Source: Leucoraja erinacea (taxonomy: Eukaryota). Taken from it: 64,000 bases of DNA. Below the pieces are notes generated by a model. That model saw nothing but the letters and a program-made list of their open reading frames with translations, was not told the DNA's origin and made no database searches. Below, piece by piece: positions 50,544-63,829 of this stretch. How positions within the stretch are numbered: the first letter of the stretch is position 1; each line of letters starts with the position of its first letter. The position numbers and the translations under genes were made by a program. Where the stretch lies: NCBI RefSeq assembly GCF_028641065.1, contig NC_073389.1:43276001-43340000 (forward strand), written 5' to 3'.

Positions 50544-51159
50544 TTTTTTTTAATAATTTTTTTATTAGAGGCATCTGCATATCATAGTCCAAACAAATAC
50601 AAACTTTGTTTAACGGTTACATATTAAATATCCAGGATTCCAAGAACCCAGTTACCAAAGTAGCTGGGATCCTCCTTTATTGGTTACATATTAACATTGC
50701 CTCTAATTATTTATTTATATTTATAGATAGGAAAAATAAAGAAAGAAAGAAATTAGAAAAGTAGAATAAACTATCAATAGGTCTGTGGGTAATACAACTT
50801 AGGAGATAGGTCCGTAGGTCAGAGAACATATCTATTCATCTAGTCCTGGATTCAGGTTTCAGTCAGGCTTCCGCGCCAGTCCAATCTACCCCTTCAAATA
50901 ATCTATAAATGGAGACCATATTCTAGTAAATAATTCTGGTTTGTCAATTAAGACGAATCTAAATTGTTCCAAATGTAAGGTCTCCGACATCTCCATAATC
51001 CACATCTTGATTGTGGGGGTTGCTGGGTTTTTTCCAAAATTTTAATACAGTATTAATTTTTTCCCAATTATTATGCTGTAATCAAGGAAATTTCTTTGGT
51101 TTGTTGTAAGTTTTAGGTATTGTTCTGATATGCCCAATATTATTAATTTAGGATCGGGG
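50544..51159 (-). mobile_element. 5'-truncated L1/Tx1-clade LINE (ORF2 C-terminus plus 3' UTR)
   Basis: Minus-strand ...KNPATPTIKMWIMEMSETLHLEQFRFVLIDKPELFTRIWSPFIDYLKG*; poly(A) tail; 13-bp TSD CTTGTACATTTCT at 50531-50543 / 51160-51172. Confidence 0.8.
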
Positions 51160-51483
51160 CTTGTACATTTCTGTCTTATATTTTTTACTTGTTGTCATTT
51201 TAATGGTAGCATGAATGGAAAACATTCAGATAGCTGCACTTTATACATATCTCTTTTCTGATATCCATATTCCTTAAATAGTGCTGAAAGATTGTGACTT
51301 ATTCATTTCCAAAATGTTTACCAATTAAAATATGGATCACTTCAAATATCAACCAGAATTAAAGACAGAATGTCTTGTCTTTACTGAACTGCCCATTAGG
51401 AAGAAACCAATAACTCAAACACAACTTCCATTTAAATTTAATTCACTTGAAAAAATTAACAGGATAAATATAATCTTGAATGG

Positions 51484-51779
51484 CATAGCTGGTGTAGCCA
51501 CTGCCTCACAACCCCAGAAACCCTGGTTCAGTTCTGATCTTGGGTGCTGTCTGTGTGGAATTTGCATATTATCTATGTGACCACATGGATCTTCTCCGGG
51601 TGCTCTGGTTTCCTCCCACATCCCAAAGATATGCAGGTTTGTAAGTTAATTAGCCTCTGTAAATTGCCTCTTGTGTTTTGGGAGTGTATCGGAAACTGAG
51701 ATAATGTGTGATCGATGGTTGATGTGGACTCTCTTGGCCGAAGGGCCTGTTTTAATGCTGTTTGTATAAACTAAATTAA
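51484..51779 (+). mobile_element. HE1-like V-SINE
   Basis: GGTTTCCTCCCACATCCCAAAGA core; GGCCGAAGGGCCTGTTT tail. Confidence 0.8.
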
Positions 51780-52030
51780 CCAGACATGTATTTAAACTGA
51801 TTTGAAGAAATAGAGCTGAAACACATTGTGTTCACTCCCCAAATGCCCAAGTGTAGTTCTATGTACATTATGACAGTGCTGGAGTAACTCAGCAGGTCAG
51901 GCAGCATTCATGGAGGGAAATAATATTATGTCAATCAGAACTGATTAAAGTAAAGATTTGAAAATTTGATCATTTTCGGTCAAAACAAAGAATGTTTCTA
52001 TGATTCGGTCAAAATAAAGAATGTTTCTTC

Positions 52031-52064
52031 GGTCTGAAGAAGGGTTTCAGCCCGAAACGTTACC
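52031..52064 (+). ncRNA. Minimal type I hammerhead ribozyme core (Penelope-type)
   Basis: GGU-CUGAAGA-A-GGGUU(UC)AGCCC-GAAA-C-GUU-ACC; 3-bp helix I GGU/ACC. Confidence 0.6.
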
Positions 52065-52174
52065 TATTTCCTTCGCTCCACAGATGCTGCTGCACCCGCT
52101 GAGTTTCTCCAGCATTTTTGTGTACCTTCGATTTTCCAGCATCTTCAGTTCCTTCTTGAACAAAGAACGTTTCT

Positions 52175-54065
52175 AGTTTAGTTTAGTTTATTGTCACATG
52201 TACTGAGGTACGGTCAAAAGCTTTCTTGTTGCGTGCTCTCCGGTTAGCGGAAAGACTGTACATGATTACAATCAAGCCGTCCACAGTGTACAGATACGCT
52301 GAGCACCGGCTCCCCTCAAGGCTGTGTGCTCAGCCCGCTGTTGTTCACATTGCTCACACATGACTGTGCTGCCAGATTCAGTGACAATAAGATCATAAAA
52401 TTTGCGGATAACACAACAGTGGTGGGACTCATCAGCGGAGATGGCGAATCAATGTACAGGGAGGAAGTAAAACAACTAGTGGACTGGTGCGGCAAAAATA
52501 ATCTAGATTTAAATGTCAACAAAACAAAGGAGATGGTTGTGGACTTCAGGAGGGCGCAGCCAAAGCATACACCCCTCAACATCAGTGGCACCACAGTGGA
52601 GAGAGTGGAGAGCATAAAGTTCCTCGGTGTGCAAATTACAGACAGCCTCACCTGGTCCAGGAACACCACTGGGACCGTCAAACGGGCCCATCAGCGACTG
52701 CACTTCCTGAGGAAACTAAAACAGACCTCACTCCCCACCAACATCCTCAGGACTTTCTACAGGGGTACGGTGGAGTCTGTACTCACGTACTGCATAAATA
52801 CGTGGTACTACACCTACAACTGCTCGGACAGGAAGGCTCTGCAGAGGGTAGTGAGTGGAGCAGAGAGGATCATTGGCGTCTCCCTACCCTCGGTACAAGA
52901 ACTGTTCCAGAGCGCTGTCTGAAAAAAGCTCAGAGAACTGCTAAGGACAAACTGCACCCCCTCCACATACACCTGGATCTCCTGCCATCAGGCAAGAGAT
53001 ATCGCAGCATCAAAGCCCGGACTACAAGACTGCTAAACAGCTTCCTGCCACAGGCTGTGAGGCTGCTAAACAGTCACTCTGTACTCACAGTCACTTGATT
53101 CTGCGGCTGGCACGGACATTTTAATAACTGGCACTGGCCACTTCAAAAATCAGCTGCCCCAGACATTTTTATGATTGGTTTTACTGTATTTTAACGTTGT
53201 TGTTTTACCTGCTTTTAACTATTTATACTGTTCCATCAGGGACTGGATTGTTTCTAATGTTATTGTGTGTGAAATGTTTTACATTTCATGTGCGATGCTC
53301 CGGTATTCCCTGGGAAACGTCTTTTCATTTTGCACTGTACAACTGTTGCTTGCAAGATGACAATAAAGGTTGATTGATTGATTGATAAAGGTAATAATGT
53401 TTAGTGCAAGATAAAGCCCAATAAAGTTTGACTAAAGATAATGTGAAGATCTCTAATGAGGTAGATGATAAGTCAGGACCCCTCTCTGGTTGGTGATAGG
53501 ATAGTTTAGTTGCCTGATAAGAGCTGCGAAGAAACTATCTCTGAATCTGGAGGTGTGCGTTTTCAAACTTCTGAACTTTTGCCTGATGGGAGAGGGGAGA
53601 AGGAGGAGTGTCTGAGGTGAGACCCATCCTTGATTATGCTGGTGGCCCTGCTGAAGCAGCGTGAAGTAAAGATGGAGTCAATGGAAGGGAGATTGGTTTG
53701 TTTGATGGGCTGGACTGCGACTATAATTCTCTGCAATTTCTTGCGGTCTTGGATGGAGCTATTAGCAAACCATGCTGTGACGCATCCCGACAAAATGCTT
53801 TCCGTAGAAGTTGGTGAGAGTTGGTGGGGACATGTTGAACTTCCTTAGCCTTCCTTAGAAGTATTGGTGTGCTTTCTTGGCTATTGCTTTGACATGGCTG
53901 GTCCAGTTGCTGCTGATAGTTACTCTTGGGAACTTGAAGCTTTCAACTGTCTCTTCTTCGGCGCCGTCAATGTATACTGGGGTATGCGTATTGGTTTGTT
54001 TCCTAAGTCAATCACAATCTCCTTTGTCCTGCTGACATTGGGGGAAAGGCTGTTGTCTTGGCAGC
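52175..54065 (-). mobile_element. Host Rex1-type LINE fragment split by the 52298-53384 insertion
   Basis: (TTTAG)n tail at 52175; collinear continuation after 53385 with SGCVTAWFANSSIQDRKKLQR...LPSIDSIFTSRC. Confidence 0.8.
52298..53384 (+). mobile_element. Rex1/Babar-clade LINE (RT C-terminal half), nested in an opposite-strand Rex-type element
   Basis: PQGCVLSPLLFTLLTHDC...KFADNTTVVGLI (FADD changed to FADN); frameshift near 52915; (TTGA)n tail. Confidence 0.9.
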
Positions 54066-57000
54066 AGGTTACGCCATGCACGTGGCCAGGGACTCCATCA
54101 GGGCCAGTTGCTTTCCATGGGTTTACCCTCAGGATGTAACTTCTGCGACAGTTACCCTGAGAAAAAGCACCCTTGAGTCGTATAGGACAGATGTCATCTG
54201 CTCAAAGCGAGCATAGAATGCATTAAGTTCATCAGGTAGGGCTGCACTATCAACAGTGATGTTGCTTGACTTGCAGCCATTATAGTATTCAGTCCTTACC
54301 AGTATCTGCGGGTAAGAGAGAAAATGTTCTCAAATAGGGAAAGTACATATTGCAATGTTGAGATTGCAGAAGTGCAAAACCAGGATGAGAAGTTTATTAG
54401 TTCCATTCAACATTATTCAATAAGAGTTGCCTGAAATTAAGAGATGCTTGCAAACATATGAGTATTGATTAGCTGATCCTCCTGTTGTATGGCATTACTC
54501 CAGCACAGGTCTTGCAGAACAATGTGAAAAAGAACTTGGAACTTGATAGAAAACAAAAGCAGAAAATGCTGGCAACACAAGCAGTCCAGTTCTGCAGTTC
54601 CCTCTTAAACACTGGTATCTGTATTAGCCCAGAAGGGTTTCGGCCCAAAACGTTGCCTATTCCTTCGCTCCATAAATAAATTAATGTTTTGGGTTGAAGA
54701 GCCACCATCAAAAGTGTGAAAACAAGTTGACAAGATGATGGAAGAGGAATGGATTAGAGTCTAGACAAAGGGAATACCTCCGGTAGGATGTGCCAAGGTT
54801 GAGGGAAAGGCAATGTTTACAATGTTTACAAAGCAGTCTGGTTAATAGATTAATGAGAAAAGTTGGAAAAGGAAATAAAACAAACAAAAGGGCATGTCAA
54901 AGCTGTGTAATGCAGAATGGCTGGATCTGTGGCAAGATCTCTCCCTTTGCCAGGGATTCCCACCTCGCTACTCTCATGTGGATGGTATTAACCTAGAGAC
55001 TGGTTTAGGCTTAGGCTTATTATTGCCACATGTACCGAGGTACAGTGAAACGTTTTATTTTGCATGCTATCCAAACAGATCAGATTTATAATACAAAAAT
55101 ACAATCGTCAAACTCAAGTACAGTACCATAGAGAGAGCAAAGGGGAAGATACAGAATTCAGAACATAATTCTCAACATTGTAGCACATCAGTTTAGTAGA
55201 CGAAGTCCAATGTCCACAAAGGGGTATAGATGAATCGGACCGTACCCTCTCTTATGGAGTACCAAATGAGATCAAGGATGGAACGAGTGGGCCCTGTTTT
55301 AAAGGGAGTTATCAACTGATATCTTGGTTTAATTAATACCATATCTCCCCATGATTCATCATACTCCACTTAGACTGTGGTCAATTCCACATGTACAATG
55401 GACCATATAGGACACACTGGAAGATAACTTAGGAATATTAATGTGATGCAAGGCAGCTTTTCTTCAGGAAATATCTAAAAATTCTAATATCAATTCAAGT
55501 CAAAATAAACAAATGTAATTTATTTTAGATGCTGCCTGACTTGCTGAGTTACTCCAGCACATAGAATCCTTCTTTGTAAATCATATGCCATATATTCACG
55601 CTGAATAAATTACAGTCGCAAATTAACCGGCTAACACACGTTTAGAAGGTGGTACGAAATCAAAGCACATTGTGGAACTTGCATGGTTACAGGGAGAATA
55701 TGCAAATTCCACACTGTTAATTCCTGAGGTCGGGATTGAACCCTGAATCTATGAGGCAGCAGTGTTAACTGACAAGGTGCAGTAAGAGAAATGTACAGAA
55801 AATAAAGAGAAAAAAATGTTTACAACTTTGCTTTAATTGTTAAATAGCACCTTCTTGAAGTTGAGTTTGACTATACTGATCTCTGATACAGTAACAGCAG
55901 AAAACAGATCTCCATCATATGCATTATTTAGCTTTTGTATTCATGACAATTTTTGTAATTCCTATAATTTCAATATCCCTATTTTTTTCATTAGAACAAA
56001 AAGAGTAAACAAGATAAACTATGGAGCAACTCCAGCTAATGGTATTTATACATTTAGATGCCAATTATTGAATAAATACAAAACAGTCATTGCTTGCTGA
56101 AGGTTCAGATGGATAGTTGGAAGGAGAACAAGAATATTTCACAATCAGTGGCTTGATTGTAATTGTATTGCCCTAACTGAGTACGATAATGAATAAGTTC
56201 TCATGTTTTGCCAGTTAAATGTTTTAAACAACCAGGAAAGAAAGCACAAATGGGGTTGGGGTGGCATGCTTAAATAAAAAGCCAAATGTTGGCAAGATTC
56301 AGTCACTGGGCAGCTGCATGTGTTACAAAGAATGAAATGAAGAATGGAATGAAACTTGCCTTTTATAACTTTCAGAAAGTAGCACAGTCTAGGCCCACTC
56401 CACATGTCCATCCTCAAGAAGACTACAGGAATCTTAATTAATCAAATGGCCCAAAGTCAGCTGGCAGGTGTTTGTTAAACAACCGTTGTTTTGTTTGTCA
56501 GCTGTATAGTAAAAGATAGCACGATGAAACAAACACATTTAAATGCTCCAACTCATGCTTTCTACATAATTCATAGCTGAAGGTTTTTGGTTCACTCCAC
56601 TCATTTGTCTGAAAGGGTTGTCAGGTGGCCCTTTGGTTTAGTTCATATGTAAAAATATAGTTCAAAGGCATACACTGACCTATTCCGGACTGAATTATGA
56701 ACAGGTAGGCATGTGGTATTGAAAATACAATCCGGCCCCTGTTTGTGAAAGATCACCTTACATAAAAAGGTTATCATAATATTGCACAATGAACTGTGTG
56801 CATAAGGTATTCTGAGCCTCGTCAGGCTGATCAATTGGTATTGATGGTATTTGATAACAATGTCTGCCAATGTTGTTCATTAAAGACGCAATATTGTTGC
56901 TTCTTTGTAAATTAGTCAATAGCAAGTGGCAATGCTGAAGAATTAGATCTATGGCCTACAAACTACATGGCCATTTTTGTCTTTGGTTAAGTCATTGGGA

Positions 57001-57194
57001 ATGGACCTCCACATAAATAAGGTAAAAGCTGTTACGCAAGGTGTATTTCTGACATGATTAAAATGCATAATTATGTGCAAGTGCGGAGGAGATCACCAAA
57101 CCCCACCCAGCTGCTCAGCTAATCCTATTTAAAATAACATATATATGTAAAATTTGTTTTAGGAGGTTATGATCTCTTCAGGCCTTATTGTCTT

Positions 57195-57575
57195 CTCTGG
57201 AACGTTGGAGGTTGAGGGGAGACAATAAAAGTATATAATATTAAGAGAGACATAGATAGGGTAGACAGTCAGAACCTTTTCCTGGAGTGGCAATGTTCAA
57301 CACTCGAGGGCATAGCTATAATGTGAAAGGGGGGAAGTTTAATGGAGATGTGCAGGGCAGGTTTTTTTACACAGTGAGTGTTGGGGACCTGCAATGCATG
57401 GTTAGGGTGGTGGTGGAGGCAGATATGATAGTGGAGTTTAAGAGGCTTTTAGGCAGGCAGATGGAAGTGCAAGGAATAATGGGATATGGATCATGTACAG
57501 GCAGATGAGATCAGTTTAACTTGGCATCATGTTTGGCACATACGTGGACCGAAGGGCATTTTCCTGTTCTACGTT
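57195..57575 (+). mobile_element. CR1-clade LINE 3' fragment
   Basis: NTRGHSYNVKGGKFNGDVQGRFF...VVEADMIVEFKRLL. Confidence 0.8.
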
Positions 57576-59173
57576 TTATGTACACAAACATTAGCAATAC
57601 AGGTAGAAGCATTAAATAGCACCTGAGACTCACCATATTATATATACGTTCATAGGGCAAAACTATGTGACAGACTACTAGATTACAGTAATACTGTTTG
57701 ATGTTCCATGTCATTGTACATGTGGAGCTGATTATAGTTTAAGTGAAATGTGATGTATTGTGTGGAGATACGGTATAAAGTAAAGCAAGGTGTCTGTAGA
57801 TAATGCAGTCAAGCAGACCCACTCATGCCTTCCTTGATCTCGTTTGGCATATCAGCATCATGATTTATACCATCTCCATGAGGTAGCAAGATGGGGACTC
57901 TTGGCACACAGAGTCCCTGCACATCCAGATGGAACTGAATGAGCATCATCCAAAAATGGATGTCATCCAAGCATTAATATTTCAATTATCAGGAAGTGGT
58001 TTGTTATTTCAATTCCTTAAGAATAGTCAAGCAGAAATTTGAATTTCTTTCAAATCGTCTCCAAAGATTATTGGATAAAATCATTACAAATAAAATCTAC
58101 GTGATGTCCCATACCCAGTGTCATTTAAAATTCAGCTTGACATTATAATCTAGACAATCACACACACCTACACGTTTTGAAACAAATTATAGAATTAACA
58201 GTTTTACTGTAATGCATCAAATGTTACATTTCTATCCCAACAGATTTATTTCGGGACAGTACCAAGTCCACTTAAATATAATTGTGCAGTTTCAAAATGT
58301 AATTCATATCAATGCTGTCAATTAGAGGACTTCGGGTTGTAGTTAATTAATCAGGAAAAGGAAGTTTTTGTTTCGATAAAGCTGACCAAATGTCAGTAAA
58401 ATATTTATTTGTGACATTTAGCACGAGTGATAGAACATGTAGTAAGGTGTCAATGATGGAGAGATGCAGAAATAATCAACACACTCCCTCCAGCCCTCAA
58501 ACACGATTCAGAATCTTCAACAGGCAAATGGGAAGGGAATGTCTTCTAAGCTCCCTTTGACTCGATCATATCTTCGGACTGTTAGCTTCAGCGGGGCTGT
58601 AAAAGCGACGATAAGAGATAAGCTTCCTTCTCTGCCCACTCTGTGATTAGTAATATCTCACCTCGCATGTAAAATGAGTTTGAACCACATTCTGTGCAAC
58701 TTCTTGTAGGCTTTGATCTAACACATAAAGATGGACAATTTGGTCATCGTGGTTGACATGTTTTTTCAAAACGTTTTTTTTTCTTTAACATGCTAAACCC
58801 CCCTCCCCCCGTCTTTTGGGGGAATTTATCTGAAACTGATAGAGATATCACAGGTAGTAAATTTACTCAGCTCACTTCAATGAAACTCCGTCTGCCTGAT
58901 CTGTTATACATCCTCGTGAGCAGCATCATTTGAACAGTTTCTGTTGTATGAAACTATGGTTCTATCATTGATTTGATTAGTGCTGGTGTCAGGGGTTATG
59001 GGGAGAAGGCAAGAGAAGGTTGAGAGGGAACGATAGATCAGCCATGATTGAATGGCGGAATAGACATGATGGGCCAAATGGCCTAATTCTTCTATCACTT
59101 ATGGACATAGTTTCTGCAGATGTTTGTATCTGAAAGCGATTTCCTTGAATTAAAGAGATGTATTTCTTCCTGT

Positions 59174-59350
59174 GTAGGAAGGAACTGCAGATGCTGGTTT
59201 AAACTGAAGATGGACATAAAAAGCTGGCGTAAGTCAGCAGGACAGGCTGCATCTCTGGAGAGAAGGAATGGGTGAAGAGAAAATATCACTCATTCCTCTT
59301 CAGAGATACTGCCTGTCCCTCCGAGTAACTCCAGCATTTTGTGTCTATCT
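59174..59350. mobile_element. Penelope-type fold-back element
   Basis: Inverted arms; 15-bp TSD TGTATTTCTT(C/T)CTGT at 59159-59173 / 59351-59365. Confidence 0.75.
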
Positions 59351-61594
59351 TGTATTTCTTTCTGTAAAGCTTCAGAATTTCTACTGAGCAAGTGAAGATA
59401 ACTTAAGAAGAGTGTACTGCTATAAGAATAAACAAGCTAGTTATCCGAGCTAGTGCAATAATATATCTCTCCTCGACGGAGCTGTTCGAGTGTGTTTTTA
59501 TACAATAAAGAGCAATCTTGAACCTGTTGCTGCCTGTCCTGCTGAGTTACTCCAGCATTTTGTGTCTACCTTCGATTTAAACCAGCATATGCAGTTCTTT
59601 CTTACCCAGAAAATGATTGTTTCCCTGACCTGGAATATCAAGATAGTGTGAAAATGGCAACAGTGTACAGAGAATGACAATCACATTATCTCTTCAAAAT
59701 AAAGTATGTATTATTTATGGTGTAATTGTCAAACTTTCGTGGGTAAAACCACGTTTATGTAAAAAGTGGGCCAACATAAAGAATCTTACAAGGTGTAGGA
59801 ACTGACAGATGAACAAACAAACTTATATTGAAAGTATTCCTTTCACTTCTTCAATGCAAAATCACAAAACAGCTCAAAGACGGTGGTCAGTTTGTCTTCT
59901 GGCTGTGTGTTTTTTTTTAAATCTGACATTGATGGATTCACTTCTTCCAAAGTACAAGCTAAGGAATATTCAAAGCAAGGGACACACTTCTGGTTGAAGA
60001 GGAAGAGCCACACATTCAGGCCTACACAATTGTATTGACTTTGGCAGGACTAGAAAATGATGGATGATGTGACAGACTTCAGATTTGGCAAACAGGAGAG
60101 TTTAATCCCCCCTTAGGCTAGCCATGTGCATGCCACTGAGTCCCCTGGTGTGACGGGACACTAGAACAAAGTGTCAGGGTGGCCCAGATAATAATCGCAT
60201 GATGCATTGAGGATTAAACTCTAAGGCTGACCCAATATTCATGAGTCGGGGCTAATGCTGATGTGAAAATGATTCTGAGGAGTTTGTCAAGACATCTCCA
60301 ACAAGTGAAGACAAATGACGGAAAGAAAAATCTAAAGTTAAACATTAGAATGGGTATGAATGGGCAGGTCCAGAGATCAGCTTGAATTTGTTGACATCCA
60401 TCGTGGTGGCCTCCTTGCATCTTGGGTCCATTTCACTATTATTCCATGCAAAATCCTTGAAATAAAAACATATATAATGTTCTTTTCTATTATAATCTCA
60501 ACAATGACAATACGTTAAAGAAATAAACCTAATCAATTTCTGTTACCTTCGATAGATCGGTAGAAATTCTGAAGCTGCACGGGACGGAATACGTCTCTTT
60601 AATTCAAGGGACTCGTTTTAAGATGCAAAAGACTACAGAAACTAGAAGTTCATGTCATTTATGTTCAATACTACATCATACATGCTCATCGCAGGCCATT
60701 TCTCGCATGATTGTCACAGAATCGAGAATTTCATGATAATAAAACAAAAATAGCATTAAAAAAACATTAAAGAAGTCTTTTTAGTTCTATGCACTTTGAT
60801 GCATTTTAATTGACTTAATATGAAATATTTGCTGGTGTAAGCAAATGTCGGAAATTGCATAGCGGCATATAACTACCAAGACTGCAGATTGTGTGTCTGT
60901 GCCACACTTGATTTGTTTATCAATGGCCCACTAAAGCTCTAACCCTCTTATCGTGAAGTAAGGTACTTGCACCTTTCATTCCCCCAGCCCGGTCCATAGA
61001 GCTTTAGAATCAATGAAATATTTTAAAGTGTATTCACCCTTTGAACATAGGAAATATAGTAGCCATTTCTCGCGACCGCGTCGTGATAATGAGCAGATAA
61101 TATGTTTTTGCGAGGCTGTTTGAGGGATAAACACTAGCCAGAAGATCAGGGAGAATACTCCTACTCGTCTCTGAAATAATGCCAACGGCTCTTCCACATC
61201 GCAGCGAGAGAGCAGATGGAGCTTTGGTTTACCCGTTCATTTGAAAGTCAGAACCTCAAAGATTGCAGTTTACTTAATAGATAACACCAGTAATAAAAAA
61301 AACAGCGTGAATTTCCATCCTCTCGTTCTGGCAGGGAAGCTTACCTGCGGAGTGTATAGGAAATTCAGGCACGTGCCACGCTTGATTAATTTTGCTCATT
61401 TACCGAATGATTAGACAGCGCTGGGGACAAACATATGTTTCCAATCTTCAACCCCCACAGGTGAGGTTAGCTCACGGAATGGTGTGTGAGTGAGTACACG
61501 TACAACGCCGGAAAGAACGGCTCACATACTCTTCCAATGGGCGGCTGCAAGCAACGATAATCCAATTTGCAGTGAGTGATTGAACGTTACTCGT

Positions 61595-61758
61595 TGTAGA
61601 AAGGAACCTCAGATGCTGGTTATATACCGAAGATAGACACAAAATGCTGGAGTAACTCAGCGGGTCAGGCTGATGAAGGGTCTCCACCCGAAACGTCACC
61701 ATCCCTTTTCTCCAGAGATGCTGCCTGTCCCGCTGAGTTGCTCCAGCACTTTGTGTCT
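61595..61758. mobile_element. Penelope-type fold-back element
   Basis: Family arms in inverted orientation around a hammerhead core. Confidence 0.75.
61670..61697 (+). ncRNA. Minimal hammerhead core inside a fold-back element
   Basis: CUGAUGA-A-GGGU(CUCC)ACCC-GAAA-C-GUC; no obvious helix I. Confidence 0.5.
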
Positions 61759-63258
61759 GTAGCCAATGGAACGTTGTGTTGGCCGAAGGCCGCAATGGCA
61801 GTAATAAAAGAGAATATATTGGACACCTGAAAAACAAAATTGGAATCAATGGCTGGGTTTGGTTGAGTTGTGTTTTGTTTATGTGAAACTCTCTTGGAAT
61901 CTAATAAAAACCTAAATGCAGCAATTCACATTTTCTGAGAGGGAAAAAATGACATTAGGTCAAAATAATCTTAAAAAACTAGATTTGATTATTGTAAATT
62001 AGCAAATACACAATAAGTACCCATTAATCTGTTTTCAATCTTTGCGGTAATACTGAGATTTAAGGCCAGGATCCGTGCCTACAGTTTAAACTGCAGGAAG
62101 ACAAAATTATTTTTTACAAAACCAACAAAAGGCGGAATCAGGAATCTGACGGTAAAATACAGAAGGACTCGCATTGCAGGCAGCCTATGTGGAGTAACAA
62201 ATAAGGCATCATCCGAAGAAGGGTCTCGATCCGAAACATCGCCGACCCATGTTCTCCGGAGATGCTGCTGGTCTTGCTGAGTTACTCTTTTTGTCCTGAG
62301 CACTTTTTGTCCTTTAGTGTATTGACAAGCATCTGCAGTTCCTTATTTCTGCAGCCGACATTTCATGCCGGCGATCTGTCAATGAAACGTCCACTACATT
62401 GCTCGGCTCCGATATGACTGCAATTTTAACCCCAGATCACATCATGATCGCCCTATGCCACATTTTCCTGTAACAATAACAGCGGAACCATATAACCATA
62501 TAACTCTTTACAGCACGGAAACAGGCCATCTCGGCCCTTCTAGTCCGTGCCGAACACTTACTATTACGTTTGGCCATCATTATTCGCTAAAACTAACGCC
62601 AGTTTTTTGGGATGTAAACTGGTGTAGACTGGCCCCACTCCCCCAATCTTTGCACATCCCCAATCCCGGATTTACCACTCGTCACTTTAATTTCGTGTAT
62701 CTTGTTGTGTTTTATGACTCGGTAAACCAATTTCCCGCCTGGTTTTCAGGTTGAAATACAAATTGTTGTCGGTGGCGGTTCAATGCCCTTCCACGGTAGC
62801 CTTTCCGCCACAGTTATGGGGAAGTTATACGAATTACCCTGAAGTTTGGGAATTTGGTAAGTAATCCCATTTAAAACAAAAGTTCTACGTCTTGTGGCGG
62901 TACGTCGGCGAGTTTTCAAAAAACACATTCTTGTTTAGAGCTAGATAGGGCTCTTAAAGATAGCGGAGTCAGGGGGGTATGGGGAGAAGGCAGGGGGGTA
63001 TTGATGATCACCCATGATCACATTGAATGGCGGTGCTGGCTCGAAGGGCCGAATGGCCTACTCCTGCACCTATTGTCTAAATTAATAAATAATTACTGCT
63101 TAAAAACTTTTAGGCTCTTCAAAAACGTTTATTACAAAAACGTTATAGTAAGCGCTTCACTTAAGTACCTTAAAATGGAAAGGTATTTAAACGATCAGAT
63201 TTTGAAAATAAGGCCATACTTATTAGTTTATGTATTGAATCGTTGAATGCAGCATTAA

Positions 63259-63597
63259 ATCAGGCCCTTCAGCCCACTGAGTCCATACCGTCCATCGATA
63301 ACTATGTTATCATACTTCCTACACACTAATAAAGACAATTTACAGAGGCAATTTAACCTGCTAACCCACACGTCTTTGTGATTTGGGAGGAAACTGGAGC
63401 ACCCGGAGGAATCCCATGCGGAAAACGTATGGAACCCACAGAGGGGTCAGGATCGAAGCACAGATCCGTGGCGCTGCGAGGCAGCAGCTTTCCCAGCTGT
63501 GAGGCAGCGGCTCTACCAACTGCGCCATTGTGCTGCCCTTTGTATAGTTCCACTGCGACATGAACCAATTTCTTCTGTTCCATTCGCAACTTCGCCG
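63259..63597 (-). mobile_element. HE1-like V-SINE
   Basis: Reverse-strand A box (ATGGCGCAGTTGGTAGAGC), B-box-like segment and core GGGAGGAAACTGGAGCACCCGG. Confidence 0.8.
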
Positions 63598-63829
63598 CAC
63601 TGATTCTGAGAATTCTTTACCTTGTTTGGTCTCTCAATTGGCTTAGAGTCTTCACCTTTGAACCGAAGGAGGGGAATCCTAGTCTCAAAAGACTAAAAGA
63701 CTGCCATGGAAAGGGATTGAACCAACAACAGATTTTTTTTTGTGTGGAGAGCTACGCTGTAATTTGAAAATGCTGGAAACACTCAGCACGTCAGATACCA
63801 TCTGCGAGGGAGGAAGAGTTAAACATGGC

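Noticed and set aside
52326-52922. 198-aa RT-like ORF as an active or domesticated gene
   Set aside because: 5'-truncated, catalytic FADD mutated to FADN, and frameshifted near 52915.
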